In this document: one piece after another, positions 51,501-59,683 of the stretch | Layout: each line of letters starts with the position of its first letter | Numbering within the stretch: position 1 is the stretch's first letter | IMG/VR virus record: IMGVR_UViG_3300042691_027621 | Span: 1 to 64,000 of that record | Source of the DNA: an uncultured virus (IMG/VR IMGVR_UViG_3300042691_027621) | Lineage: Duplodnaviria > Heunggongvirae > Uroviricota > Caudoviricetes | Direction: 5' to 3' (one strand) | DNA: 64,000 bases | The notes under the pieces: generated by a model | Database searches by the model: none | Told to the model about the DNA's origin: nothing | Seen by the model: only the letters and a program-made list of their open reading frames with translations | Position numbers and translations under genes: made by a program

Positions 51501-54500
51501 CCTACTCTCAGACACTGTACAGTCCTTACCCAACAGAATTTGCTCAGTTTGGTTACAGCGTGTCTGTGGATGAAACTGCGGTGAACCTAGTAGTGGGATC
51601 GCCACAGGGAACTTTGTGGGTGCTAACAATATGGGACGATGGACTGGTAGACTGGGACGGCAACAGTACCACATTCTTTAGTACCGTGGAGCAGAGCGGT
51701 AGTGTATACACCTACGATTATTTGCCTGCTGCCAACGAAAGCGCAGCCAACACAGGAAAATTTGTGTTTGGAATTCAAATAATTGATTCCAATGTAAGAC
51801 CGTTGGACGGTTATGGTACTTCGGTGAGCTATGTAGACGGGGTGCTGATGTTAGGTGCTCCGGGCAGCGATGCTGTGGCCAGTGACAGTACCGCTGCTGA
51901 TTACGGCCGAGTTTTTGTGTCACAAAACCCAAATAGAATTCCTGCGTGGACCACATTAAGACAACAACAACCAGTGGTTGACATTGGACTAATCAATGGA
52001 GTATTCACATACGATCGAATCACCAGTGCTCGTACTGAACAGTTTGATTTCTTTGATCCTTTGCAAGGCAAAATACTTGGCGCAGCAAGACAAAACATCG
52101 ATTACATTGGAGCTGTTGATCCAGCACAGTACGACAACGGTCCAACCAACAACAATGGCACAACATGGTTTGCAGAGCATGTGGGAGAAATTTGGTGGGA
52201 TATTGGTACAGTAAGATTTATTGACCCCAACCAAGATGATATCGTATATGCCAGCCGACGCTGGGGACAACTGTTCCCTGGTAGTACTGTAGACATTTAT
52301 CAGTGGGTCGAAAGCACAGTACCGCCAGCGTCTTACTCAGGACCTGGAGTACCTCTCAACATAAATTCGTTTAGTTTCAGCGCTCGTCTCAGCACAGACG
52401 GTGTTGTGAACACATATTATTATTTCTGGGTTCGAGGTATAACCACAGTGGCCACTAACAAAGGTAAAACTTTGAGTGCTACAACTGTAAGTCGCTACAT
52501 TGAAAATCCAAAAAGCAGCGGTATTCCGTACATTGCTCCTATCAATGCCAGCACAATTGCCTTGTATAATGCCGCAAACATCATCGAAGCGCAGGATACC
52601 ATAATCAACATTGAGTATGATCGTGAGTATACCACCAACAATGTTCACGTAGAGTATGAGCTGATTGCGCAAGACAAGTCCGACGGCTTCTTGAGCGACG
52701 GATTATATCGTAAATTACAGGACAGTTTCTGCGGAGTTGACACAGCAGGTAATCTTGTACCAGATCCTAACTTGAACGCAGCAGAACGATACGGTGTCCA
52801 ATTCCGTCCGCGCCAGTCAATGTTTGTGGATCGCTTTGAAGCTCTGAAAAATTATTTACAACGTGCCAATGCAGTGTTGGCCATGTACACTATTTCCGAA
52901 AGTAGAAGTTTTAATCTGCTGAATTCCAGCGATCCTGAGCCAGATTCCACCACCCCTGGACAGACTGAGCCAAACTGGAACATGCGTGTAGCCAACTTGG
53001 AAATTTTGAGTTTCCAAAACATATATGCTGTGCCAATTGGTTATAGATATCTAGTAGCCAGCGACAGTAGCAACAACGGTCTGTGGACAATCTATCAAGT
53101 GCAATACGTACAAAACGGACTATTTGATGCTCGAGAGTTAGTACTAATCAAGGTACAAAACTATGACACCAAACGTTACTGGAGTTACATTGACTGGTAC
53201 TTGCCGGGATACAACCCATCTACTAAAGTAACTGCAGAAGTTCCTAACTTCAGTACGTTAGACACCTTGTCTGTTCCTGTGGGAACCAGTGTGCGAGTGA
53301 CTGCTAACGCACAAGGTAAATTTGAAATTTATCTCAGGTCGTTGACTGGCTGGGATCGAGTGGCTTTAGAAGACGGTACCATTGCATTCTCGGCTGAATT
53401 GTGGGATTATGCACTGGGACGTTTTGGATTTGACGTTGAAGTGTTTGATGCGCAGTACTTTGATCAAGAGCCAGTGATTGAAACTCGCAAGATCATTCAG
53501 GCCATCAATCAAGAACTGTTCATCGACGACCTGCTGTTAGAACGCAATCGCAGCTTGACGCTGATGTTTAACTATGTGCTCAGTGAGTTTGCAGCCCCTG
53601 AGTGGTTGGTTAAAACTTCGTTGATTGACGTTGATCACCGAATTCGAAATCTAGAACCCTTCCAGAACTATCGTCAAGATAATCAGGAATTCGTTCTTGA
53701 CTATATTCAAGAAGTCAAGCCTTATCACGTACAAATTCGTGAATTTAATCTGTTGTACAATGGTCAAGACCAGTACGGCGGCGACGTCACTGACTTCGAT
53801 GTGCCAGCATACTACAACACTAGTTTGCCAATACCGCAGTACACAAGTCCAATATTAAACATCAGCGACACAACTGATCCACGTTACCAATCGCCATATT
53901 TGCTCAGCACTCCTGAACCTGATAACACACTCAGCGACGCTGATCCAGGTGCGTTAATTTGGCAAACTTGGCCTTACACACAATGGTATGGCAACTATTT
54001 GCTGAACTTACAAAGAATTGAGATAGTAGATGCAGGCTCAGGCTATACAGATGTTCCAACTGTGATTATCACTGGTGATGCTGATGTTCCTGCTACTGCT
54101 GAAGCTTTCTTGACCAGCTTTGGATCTATTGCTTTTATTACTATAACTGATCCAGGATCAGGATATTTTGCCACTCCAGTGATTACATTTGACGGGGGCA
54201 ACGGCACAGGCGCAAGAGCTTATCCTATAATGGGCAATGATCTTGTTCGTAGCTTTAAGACAGTGATCAAGTATGACCGTTGTTCGTATCAAACACAAGT
54301 TCTTACTTGGGATCCTAGTGGCACGTATGAAGACGGCACACTGGTACGATTCACTGATCGTGTATGGAGAGCATCTAGTCTAGATTCAACGGCTGTAGTA
54401 GGACCAACGTTTAATCTTGAAGATTGGACTCTAGTACCTGCCAGCGAACTTGGCGGCATAGACCGAACAGCTGGTTATTATGTTCCTGGGGTCAACGAGC

Positions 54501-57133
54501 CTGGTATAGATTTGCCTTTGTTGATTGATGGCATAGACTATCCTGGTGTACAAGTTTATGGTAAAGAGTTTGTGTCTGGGGAGACCCTGGATGTTGAGTA
54601 CAGCAGCAGTTTTACTGACGTATATCTTGGCACACGAGTTACAGACATCAATGTTGATGGTGGCGAGTTCATTGGACTGTACGAAGGCCATGCACCTGAA
54701 GAACTAGTAAATGGCAGCGAGTTTGACACTGTTGATATCAAAGTGTTCACACGCCCGGGCAGTGATTGGTCTTTGCTTGACGGTGTTGCAGGAAATGACG
54801 GTCATGGATTTCAAATAGCTAGCCGTCGCTACACAGTGTCTGATGTGGGTAATGCTGTGTTTAACTGGGACGGTATTGAAGAACATCCTGTTTATCTTGA
54901 TGTTGCAAACATTACTACTGGCGTAAATCTGGATCTCAGTACAGACTATACAGTTGATTGGGTAGCAAAAACTGTTACAGTTACTGGTAATATCAGTGTC
55001 AACGATTCTATATCAATCACAGCTTATGAAGTTGGCGGTGGTAGTCAGCTATATCGAGCCAATGCCATAGGTGATAACGAAGATTTCTTAATAGTACCTG
55101 TAGCAGCTAACGAAATTTACGATGTTGTGCTATTTGTCAACGGCGTGTTGACTCAGGTCAACACATGGGAAGCTTACTACCCAGCTGACGTTTGGAATCA
55201 ACTCACAGCCTACAACAGATTAGATGTAGTCTATACCACAGGTCCTAGCTATTACCGTGCTATTCAAAATGTTCCTGCTGGTATTGCAATCACCAACACT
55301 GATTATTGGCAGTCTTTTGTGCCTGGGCAGTTAAGCAAGGTCAACTTGTCTACTGCTTACACCGCCAGCGACTATTTGACTTTTGTTGTACTAGGCATCA
55401 CTACACCAATTCAATATTCCTGGAGCACTCCACAAACTGAATATTTTACAGTTGATGCAGCAATCAATGCGGCTCGCACTGTAAATCTTTCCAACAACAC
55501 TGGCGGCACCAATCCTTGCAACGCCATTGTTGAGATCAATGGCTTACGCCTGCGTCCTTCGGAAGGCGCAGAATACATTGGAGACAACACTACCACAGGA
55601 TTTGCTTTGCCAACCCGAGGTGGATATTCCCAAGGTATTGTTAATGCACTAACTGATGTGACGGTGTATGTTAACAATGTGCTGCAACAGCAAAACACTG
55701 GCGCAGGCGGAGCTTATGTAGTAACTCCCTGGAACAGCGTCAGTAATGACCGTGAAGTAGTGTTTGCAGTACCTCCGGCAGTTGGTGATCGTATATTGAT
55801 TGCTGTAAGTACAGTAGCTGAATACCTTATTGTGAACTCACAACTACAACTAGTTACTGCACCCACAATTGGCGCAACTATTGCAGTGACCACTTATAAC
55901 GACACAAGTCAACAAAATATTCTTACCTTGGTATTCCAGGGTCCATTGAATACTGGTATCACTGTAACTGAAAGCTATGACAGCACTACTTTTGATGCTG
56001 GCAGCACAACCGGTGCTCCAGGATCTTATGATTATTCTGCTGGTGCAATAATTCCAGACAACAATCTTGATCTTCAGCGATTGGGAGTACAAGCTGGTCG
56101 TTTGTGGGTCACACTCAACGGCTATAGACTGTTTGACGGTGTAGATTACACTGTACAGGGCCAGTATCTCATACTGGCATCTGGACCAATGGCCAGTTCT
56201 GATATTGTTGTGATAACTGAGTTCACAGAAAGCGTGGTGCCTGAGGCATTGGCTTTCCGTATTTTCCAAGACATGCGCGGAGTGCAGGCAACCTATCGCA
56301 TGACTACCGCAACAACCACATTCTTAACAGCCAATGTCACTGCCAGTGCTGATATCATTTATGTTAATAATGCCAGTGCGCTGACCGAACCAGATTTGCC
56401 CAACGGAATTTTTGGTGTGTGCATGATAGAAGGCGAACGTATTATGTATCGCAACAGAAATACAGCATTGAACACCATCAGTGGACTCATGCGTGGCACA
56501 GCAGGAACTGCTACAACTGGCCACAGTGCTGGTACTGTGGTCTATAACATGGGACGCGGCAATTTGATGTATGAAGAATACCAAGATCGTATTGTAAAAG
56601 ATACATCGTTGGGCGACGGTTCTACTACTATTTTCTATGCACCCAACATCAATGCTGTGCCAGAATATCCACGTGACAGCAGTACTGCTTATATTGATCA
56701 CAGCATTGAAGTGTATGTAGGCGGAATTAGACAGTATCCTATCACTGAGCTTGAAACCCCAAGTCAGTATAGATACACTGTGTCTATGATAGAGCCATTG
56801 AGCATTGAGTTTATCACTGACAATGATCCAGTTAGTCCGCTGCTGGCACCAGCTGCTGGTGAAGAAGTTTCAATAACTCAACGAGTAAGCAAGAGCTGGT
56901 ACGATCTTGGAACTATTTCTCCAGTCACCAGCATCGTGGTTGGAAACAGCTACTTTATCTGGGCTCTAGGAAATACCAACTGGATTGCACTGGGCGCTGA
57001 AGACGCTAGAGAAGGTGCGTTGTTTACAGCTACCGCAGCAGGAACGGGAACAGGACAAGTGCGTACTGCCAGCGATGGTATAGCTCTGCAGGAAACTGAC
57101 ACTCAGGCTGCAAGGTTCCTGCGTGGTTTATAA
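42515..57133 (+). CDS. Giant (4872 aa) baseplate/virion structural protein (gp7-like position) with beta-propeller and Ig-like repeats
   Basis: Single 14.6-kb ORF after gp6; DFLPEIFQT N-terminus, FG(H/Y)SV...VG(A/T)P propeller repeats, VKPYHVQIR, and G.GY...P.ITF.GG repeats. Confidence 0.8.
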   Translation: MSRIRSVDFLPEIFQTDVNKQFFAATLDQLIQEPQFKKTQGFIGRTVGPGVNPNDRYVIEPNRVRADYQLEAGVISLEPGTGKIQDAITYPGLLDSIAYQTGSPGLTSGIISTEGGDSIRPDRLFESQYYTWDPFINWDTFINFSQYFWLPNGPDAVTVAASTVPATNNFTVTRSNDYYNFSGVQGNDPTIDLVRGGSYTFQVAQNQKQTINYGVGNNGTSAYIINLAANPTVSLVRGNTYTFTLSLTGDYPFYIKTSPTTGLTNIYSDGVTNNGAVTGVITFVVPQNAPDVLYYAAANQSNMRGQFNVIDASSGTGSGFWIQTAPGVSGRIPATPNISSRDVLGVTNNGEDLGTITFNVPTKTAQQFYYGLPNVGGGTSPYNVDLITDLKFNQIDGIKVTDFLATYGGIDGITELNGRTLVFDQPIVDVDQGGWYSTSMFDPLSAGSTNNGLPGSFDSLPYALQTTVPVNERYSVWQINYVDNDGYVTIQLVSTQLIGNLEKFNILYGTTYASTSWYKNDAGFLRQIPLLSAIQDTLYYQDGTNPEIFGRIRLIEQPLASTLFIEEILGKKTYTSPNGITFTNGLKIILRGEVVPASYADKEYYVSGVGTAIELLLVSNFVVPETYVVDANDSTAAVEPAELDYLTINRASKDLNAWTRSNRWFHIDVINATAEYNSTTADIDNSYRAKRPIIEFRPGLRLFDMGTEGKQPVDIIDFEETDAFSNIQGATAYSVDGYNLVNGSRVIFAADEDADVRNKIWVVNFVDPDSIPPLIAQPIINLTLATDGIVLFNQCTVCTEGTTLKGLTFWYDGVDWIRAQQKQGVQQSPLYDVYDANGVSFGNRAVYPSSTFVGSKLFSYAVGDTGILDPILQFPLQYLNLNNVGDIVFENNLYKDTFLYVRDNVSVTEPISAGFVQEFLTRTTSVRDIGWKVAATDTQIRQQFKFTYTGESLKLDIKVESTVAPLQNPVPPVKVYVGSEFKDPDTYTVVTTDNTTTITLDETYFVGDIIEVLALSNQSSAVAFYQVPINLEKNPLNGNSASFTLGTIRTHYESICENLLDLTGSINGANNTRDLGDIGPYGLIILQQSAPLTLAGYFNRSKEYNIFASLQYNSREYTKFKNLLMKEVTQLEINFQTTAELLTEAMANITAGRVETNPFYWSDMLPSSSVFTQTVYTVSLITTNVFDTVQVYNYTSANYLGLLVYKNNQLLIRGIDYVVATDGPRITITTTLAVGDKITVQEFPATYGNFVPNTPTKLGLYPAWKPGIVTVDTTTGTAQVIVGHDGSQTPVFGDVRDDVLLEFEKRIYNNLKVDGNPVPLSVYDVLPGQFRDTGYSFSEINQILAQDFLSYVGWNKLDYNNQNYIASNEFSWNYSNATNKLNGENLLGAWRGIYRYFYDTQDPSRTPWEMLGFTIEPTWWISTYGPAPYTNTNLVLWDDLEAGLIRDPAGSYFLPQYVRPGLTDVIPVDSEGNLLSPFDCVVQDYDDQQWQRSWVAGDGGPVEASWWNSSSYPFAVMRLLALTRPAKFYSLFADRDLYKFNDAFSQYLYNQRYRLDANGIEVYGDGVSKASYINWIVDYNQQLGLNSTKRLQDDLANLDVRLCYRMASFSDKQYIKLYTEKSSPNSLNSTLQIPDESYDLLLYKNQPVERLIYSSVVVQIVEGGYAVYGYSTSQPYFNIAVSQGIGRLRPITVGDVTVRVPTQYTNSVAQVPYGFVFTNPTSVCDFLLSYGKLLKDQGLTFDDRANGFILDWDQMAQEFLYWTQQGWENDSLINLNPLAGKLIITKPGLVADSIVTQTSENILLNQNKRELNTRNLNIVRLGNTLSLEPLTDESLSFADFRFTNFEHMIVLNNRSVFGDLIYEPVTGARQSRLDLVAFNSTQWNGVVDAQGFILNQDNVEEWTGFKKYTKGQIVKYKDQFWSAQTIVNPKSNFDFNDWVKSDYEQIEQGLLPNIANKSNQLQQTYSVNSANLEQDQDLLSYGLIGFRPRQYMAALNLDDVSQVNIYQQFLKTKGTILSAELLSRANLGKEAADYNIYENWAVQRAVYGANANRSFVELRLNRALLSSNPSLVQVIEPQQVSQADQQILLSDVWKQSYKLTGTNFLPTTEETITDTALPSAGYVNLNDVDITAFSLTDDSSAIEAALGAVKVGSDLWVAKVNTYDWDVFRCVQVPGYIDHVCDNLDGTSIARFTKAHGLVPSDQLIIREFDPLVDGVYTVLETPDINSVVIAYTFVGSQSVIEGVGIGFSLQSERVAQASDIINLPYANDITTGNKVWVDNNGNGRWAVLEKQNPFSDITELAPQLLDATEEYGVAVAQAKNRLAALVGSPRYGFNVGAEKGGVYVYVKNYGDQYIPVSPLDQGDAVLTLDVTGALGYGNAVDFGNQTWAIAGASKSLGPAGQADVGYAAIIYRDPTLGEPGVNPYAQWQLIVPEDLDTLGEFGHSVTVSTDERWAYVGAPGANKVYAYGRVDWEDQFVQALGNGTTKTYQIGNVIQINANTQLTVTLDDTVQFLTTDYTVAADFNSVTFTTAPAAGVVVKIQRINRLNVDGGTYFNVTQSSTTGGGSGATFTIERIRGQVGQLPGAPTIKGRVGLVAGGIGYAAGNTVRFAPSKFGGTGTSPSNDIVLTITGVNATTGAIEAYTIAYSAPITNTFSLNEYFFTATNIYSFSVYVDGVLQRPQIDYTFGEDSTYDLTLTSSSSGYNVYGTVIEVQAQSYFDYVYTLTVAGLDAGARFGHSVATSTDGRQVLVGTPDRTVSGKVEAGSVYVFDRNVQRFIYGTDPSSVAFTVLGTVTEPVSVIVNNQFLVNEANDVLNGTNTFTVAGNLVTVNTDLAVGDTVEIETNQFRLMQAITQNTVAEFSNFGQAVDLCAYNCSLYVGAPQDSTATWKAGAVQRSVNQSRSYGTITATVANPSITVGDTLRVNNIDVAVPSAGTLTSFASAINADVPNVIATVNNGLLTLKVKNAAAASPTDLLQVAPGSVGTAFNAFGFQTFTYSQTLYSPYPTEFAQFGYSVSVDETAVNLVVGSPQGTLWVLTIWDDGLVDWDGNSTTFFSTVEQSGSVYTYDYLPAANESAANTGKFVFGIQIIDSNVRPLDGYGTSVSYVDGVLMLGAPGSDAVASDSTAADYGRVFVSQNPNRIPAWTTLRQQQPVVDIGLINGVFTYDRITSARTEQFDFFDPLQGKILGAARQNIDYIGAVDPAQYDNGPTNNNGTTWFAEHVGEIWWDIGTVRFIDPNQDDIVYASRRWGQLFPGSTVDIYQWVESTVPPASYSGPGVPLNINSFSFSARLSTDGVVNTYYYFWVRGITTVATNKGKTLSATTVSRYIENPKSSGIPYIAPINASTIALYNAANIIEAQDTIINIEYDREYTTNNVHVEYELIAQDKSDGFLSDGLYRKLQDSFCGVDTAGNLVPDPNLNAAERYGVQFRPRQSMFVDRFEALKNYLQRANAVLAMYTISESRSFNLLNSSDPEPDSTTPGQTEPNWNMRVANLEILSFQNIYAVPIGYRYLVASDSSNNGLWTIYQVQYVQNGLFDARELVLIKVQNYDTKRYWSYIDWYLPGYNPSTKVTAEVPNFSTLDTLSVPVGTSVRVTANAQGKFEIYLRSLTGWDRVALEDGTIAFSAELWDYALGRFGFDVEVFDAQYFDQEPVIETRKIIQAINQELFIDDLLLERNRSLTLMFNYVLSEFAAPEWLVKTSLIDVDHRIRNLEPFQNYRQDNQEFVLDYIQEVKPYHVQIREFNLLYNGQDQYGGDVTDFDVPAYYNTSLPIPQYTSPILNISDTTDPRYQSPYLLSTPEPDNTLSDADPGALIWQTWPYTQWYGNYLLNLQRIEIVDAGSGYTDVPTVIITGDADVPATAEAFLTSFGSIAFITITDPGSGYFATPVITFDGGNGTGARAYPIMGNDLVRSFKTVIKYDRCSYQTQVLTWDPSGTYEDGTLVRFTDRVWRASSLDSTAVVGPTFNLEDWTLVPASELGGIDRTAGYYVPGVNEPGIDLPLLIDGIDYPGVQVYGKEFVSGETLDVEYSSSFTDVYLGTRVTDINVDGGEFIGLYEGHAPEELVNGSEFDTVDIKVFTRPGSDWSLLDGVAGNDGHGFQIASRRYTVSDVGNAVFNWDGIEEHPVYLDVANITTGVNLDLSTDYTVDWVAKTVTVTGNISVNDSISITAYEVGGGSQLYRANAIGDNEDFLIVPVAANEIYDVVLFVNGVLTQVNTWEAYYPADVWNQLTAYNRLDVVYTTGPSYYRAIQNVPAGIAITNTDYWQSFVPGQLSKVNLSTAYTASDYLTFVVLGITTPIQYSWSTPQTEYFTVDAAINAARTVNLSNNTGGTNPCNAIVEINGLRLRPSEGAEYIGDNTTTGFALPTRGGYSQGIVNALTDVTVYVNNVLQQQNTGAGGAYVVTPWNSVSNDREVVFAVPPAVGDRILIAVSTVAEYLIVNSQLQLVTAPTIGATIAVTTYNDTSQQNILTLVFQGPLNTGITVTESYDSTTFDAGSTTGAPGSYDYSAGAIIPDNNLDLQRLGVQAGRLWVTLNGYRLFDGVDYTVQGQYLILASGPMASSDIVVITEFTESVVPEALAFRIFQDMRGVQATYRMTTATTTFLTANVTASADIIYVNNASALTEPDLPNGIFGVCMIEGERIMYRNRNTALNTISGLMRGTAGTATTGHSAGTVVYNMGRGNLMYEEYQDRIVKDTSLGDGSTTIFYAPNINAVPEYPRDSSTAYIDHSIEVYVGGIRQYPITELETPSQYRYTVSMIEPLSIEFITDNDPVSPLLAPAAGEEVSITQRVSKSWYDLGTISPVTSIVVGNSYFIWALGNTNWIALGAEDAREGALFTATAAGTGTGQVRTASDGIALQETDTQAARFLRGL

Positions 57134-57151
57134 CAAGGTAAATAAGTGATC

Positions 57152-57301
57152 ATGTCAAATACAGTACCAAACAAGCAACAACCACCAAAAATGCCGGCTG
57201 CACCGCGCCGGCCCAACGAGCACGGTACAATCAGCGTACAGGGTTATTTTAGAGTGTTTGATCCAAAAACACAAAAAACCATTGTGGAGGGTCGCTCATG
57301 A
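57152..57301 (+). CDS. Unannotated 49-aa late protein
   Basis: MSNTVPNKQQPPKMPAAPRRPNEHGTISVQGYFRVFDPKTQKTIVEGRS*; TAAATA at 57139-57144; ATGA overlap with the next gene. Confidence 0.7.
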   Translation: MSNTVPNKQQPPKMPAAPRRPNEHGTISVQGYFRVFDPKTQKTIVEGRS

Positions 57302-57903
57302 TAGTTCCTGGATTGGCCAAAATTGAAGGTTTTGTAAAAATTCACAACCCAGAAACCGGCGAAGTTTTTGTTGACAAGAAAAATGCTATTCACTACGAAA
57401 ATATTAGTATCAGCATGGCACAAACACTGAGTGATCGCAACACCGGCTACATCTATGCTATGGCGTTTGGCAACGGTGGTAGCTCGGTAGATCCCACTGG
57501 TGTTATTACATACTTGCCGCCTAACACAACTGGCCAAAACGCTGACTTGTATAATCAAACTTATATTAAAGTTGTCAACGATAATTCAGCAGCCGACACT
57601 GACCCTGAAAACAACAAAATGACTGTGATTCACACTCCAGGCACAGTGTATACAGACATTCTTGTTACTTGTTTGTTGGACTACGGGGAACCTCCTGAAC
57701 AGCAGGCATTTGACAATTCAACCAATTTCAATGGTGAATATGTTTTTGACGAGCTTGGACTCAAAGCCTGGAATGGCAGCGCAGACAATTTAAGATTGAT
57801 CACTCATGTGATTTTTCACCCTGTGCAAAAGAGCTTGAACCGTCAAATTCAAATTGACTATACCTTGCGTATTCAAACGCTCAGCAACATAAATGCTGTA
57901 TAA
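57298..57903 (+). CDS. Baseplate/tail-collar protein
   Basis: KNAIHYEN, MAFGNGG, FDELGL and THVIFHPVQKSLNR.IQIDYTLRI motifs; position after the giant baseplate protein. Confidence 0.6.
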   Translation: MIVPGLAKIEGFVKIHNPETGEVFVDKKNAIHYENISISMAQTLSDRNTGYIYAMAFGNGGSSVDPTGVITYLPPNTTGQNADLYNQTYIKVVNDNSAADTDPENNKMTVIHTPGTVYTDILVTCLLDYGEPPEQQAFDNSTNFNGEYVFDELGLKAWNGSADNLRLITHVIFHPVQKSLNRQIQIDYTLRIQTLSNINAV

Positions 57904-57933
57904 ATATGATATAATTAGGAACAGGTAACTGAC

Positions 57934-59670
57934 ATGGCTTATGTAATCAACCTTACCGATGGTGCTACTTTTGCTACCATTGCAGATGGTACTATCAATA
58001 CTTCTAGCTCAATGACGCTGGTAGGTAAAAACTACGCCGGCTACGGTGAGTTCTTAGACGAAAACTTTATTCACTTGTTGGAAAACGGTTCTAACACCAC
58101 TGCACCCCCAGCACCGTTGACTGGTCAGCTTTGGTGGGACAAAACCAATAACTTGCTGAAAGTTTACAACGGCTCAACATTCAAAACTATTTCAGCAGCT
58201 ACAGCCAGTGCCAGTGCACCTGCATCTAATGTCACAGGAGATTTGTGGTACGACACGGTTAACCAGCAACTTAAGGTGTGGACTGGTTCTGCTTTCTTAG
58301 TAGTTGGTCCGGCCTTCTCTAGTGCTACAGGCACAGCTGGCGCTATTCCTGAAACTATTAACGATTCAGGCGGCAGCCCGCACTTTGTTACCACTTTGTA
58401 CGTAAACAACAGCAGACAGGCTATTGTCAGTTTAGACTCGGCTTTTACACCTGCGTCGCCAATTAACACCAACTTCCCAACTATCTATCCAGGTATAACC
58501 GTGACCAAGAACGCCAGCAGTGTTCTCAGCGGAAACGTGGTCAACACTGGTAACCTTACTTTAGGCGCAGGCGGCGCAACCACTGTTACTGTAACTAGCA
58601 CAGGCGGCAACATTTCTGGCTATGTTAGTGCTAGTGGAAACGTTACAGGTGGCAATTTAATCACAGCTGGCCTGGCCACAGTGTCTGGCAACGTTACAGG
58701 TGGCAATTTCTTAACCAGCGGCATTGTCAGTGCCACAGGCAACATCACCGCCGGCAACGTTGCAGCAACCAATTACACTGGTACCGTAGTTAGCGTGACT
58801 GGCAACGTCACCGGCGGTAATGTACTAACAGGTGGAATTTTGAGTGCTAGTGGTAACATCACTGGTGGCAATATTGCTGCTACATTGCACACTGGTACCG
58901 CAGTTAGTGTTACAGGAAACGTCACTGGTGGTAATTTGATTACTAGTGGTCTAGTGACTGTGACTGGTAATATCAACAGTTCAGCTAACATTGCAGGTAG
59001 TTACTTCTTGGGCAACGGTGCATTACTAACTGGTATCAGTGCAGCGGTTAGTGTTCAAAAGATCTCTGCTGGCACAACCGAAGTTAACATTCCTAGCTCA
59101 GGTGGATCAATTTTTGCCAACGTAGCAGGAACTTCCAACGTCATGGTTGTTTCTAGTTCAGGCGCTACCTTCAGCGGCATTACTGTGCCCAGCATTGGTA
59201 AAAGCGGTTCAAATGCTGTGGGCAACATTGGATCTAGCTCAAACTATTTTAACCAGGTATTTGCCACAGCAACTACAGCACTGTACGCTGACGTTGCAGA
59301 ACGATTTGAAGCTGACGAAGTCATGGAACCAGGTACAGTGGTCGAACTTGGTGGCGAAAAAGAAATTACCAAATCTCGTGCAGAACTCAGCGACTTAGTG
59401 TTTGGTGTGATAAGTACAAAGCCCGCATTTACTATGAACGGTGGAGCAGGCGAAAACGATACTCATCCTCCTGTGGCAATGACTGGTCGCGTTCCAGTTA
59501 AAGTTTCAGGTATAATACACAAAGGCGATCGATTAGTTTCAGCAGGAGATGGGTTGGCCCGTGCAGCTCGCCCAGGCGAAGCAACATCATTTAATGTGAT
59601 CGGGCGTGCATTGACATCCAAGCTGAGCACAGATATTGGTACCGTTGAAGCAATTGTGAGTATCAAATAA
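57934..59670 (+). CDS. Tail fibre with a baseplate-attachment N-terminus and a C-terminal intramolecular chaperone domain
   Basis: TLVGKNYAGYGE..ENFIHLLEN...PLTGQLWWD, GNVTGGN repeats and YADVAERF...PVAMTGRVPVKV...KGDRLVS...VIGRAL; TATAAATA at 57899-57906. Confidence 0.8.
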   Translation: MAYVINLTDGATFATIADGTINTSSSMTLVGKNYAGYGEFLDENFIHLLENGSNTTAPPAPLTGQLWWDKTNNLLKVYNGSTFKTISAATASASAPASNVTGDLWYDTVNQQLKVWTGSAFLVVGPAFSSATGTAGAIPETINDSGGSPHFVTTLYVNNSRQAIVSLDSAFTPASPINTNFPTIYPGITVTKNASSVLSGNVVNTGNLTLGAGGATTVTVTSTGGNISGYVSASGNVTGGNLITAGLATVSGNVTGGNFLTSGIVSATGNITAGNVAATNYTGTVVSVTGNVTGGNVLTGGILSASGNITGGNIAATLHTGTAVSVTGNVTGGNLITSGLVTVTGNINSSANIAGSYFLGNGALLTGISAAVSVQKISAGTTEVNIPSSGGSIFANVAGTSNVMVVSSSGATFSGITVPSIGKSGSNAVGNIGSSSNYFNQVFATATTALYADVAERFEADEVMEPGTVVELGGEKEITKSRAELSDLVFGVISTKPAFTMNGGAGENDTHPPVAMTGRVPVKVSGIIHKGDRLVSAGDGLARAARPGEATSFNVIGRALTSKLSTDIGTVEAIVSIK

Positions 59671-59683
59671 TTAGGACAAAAGC

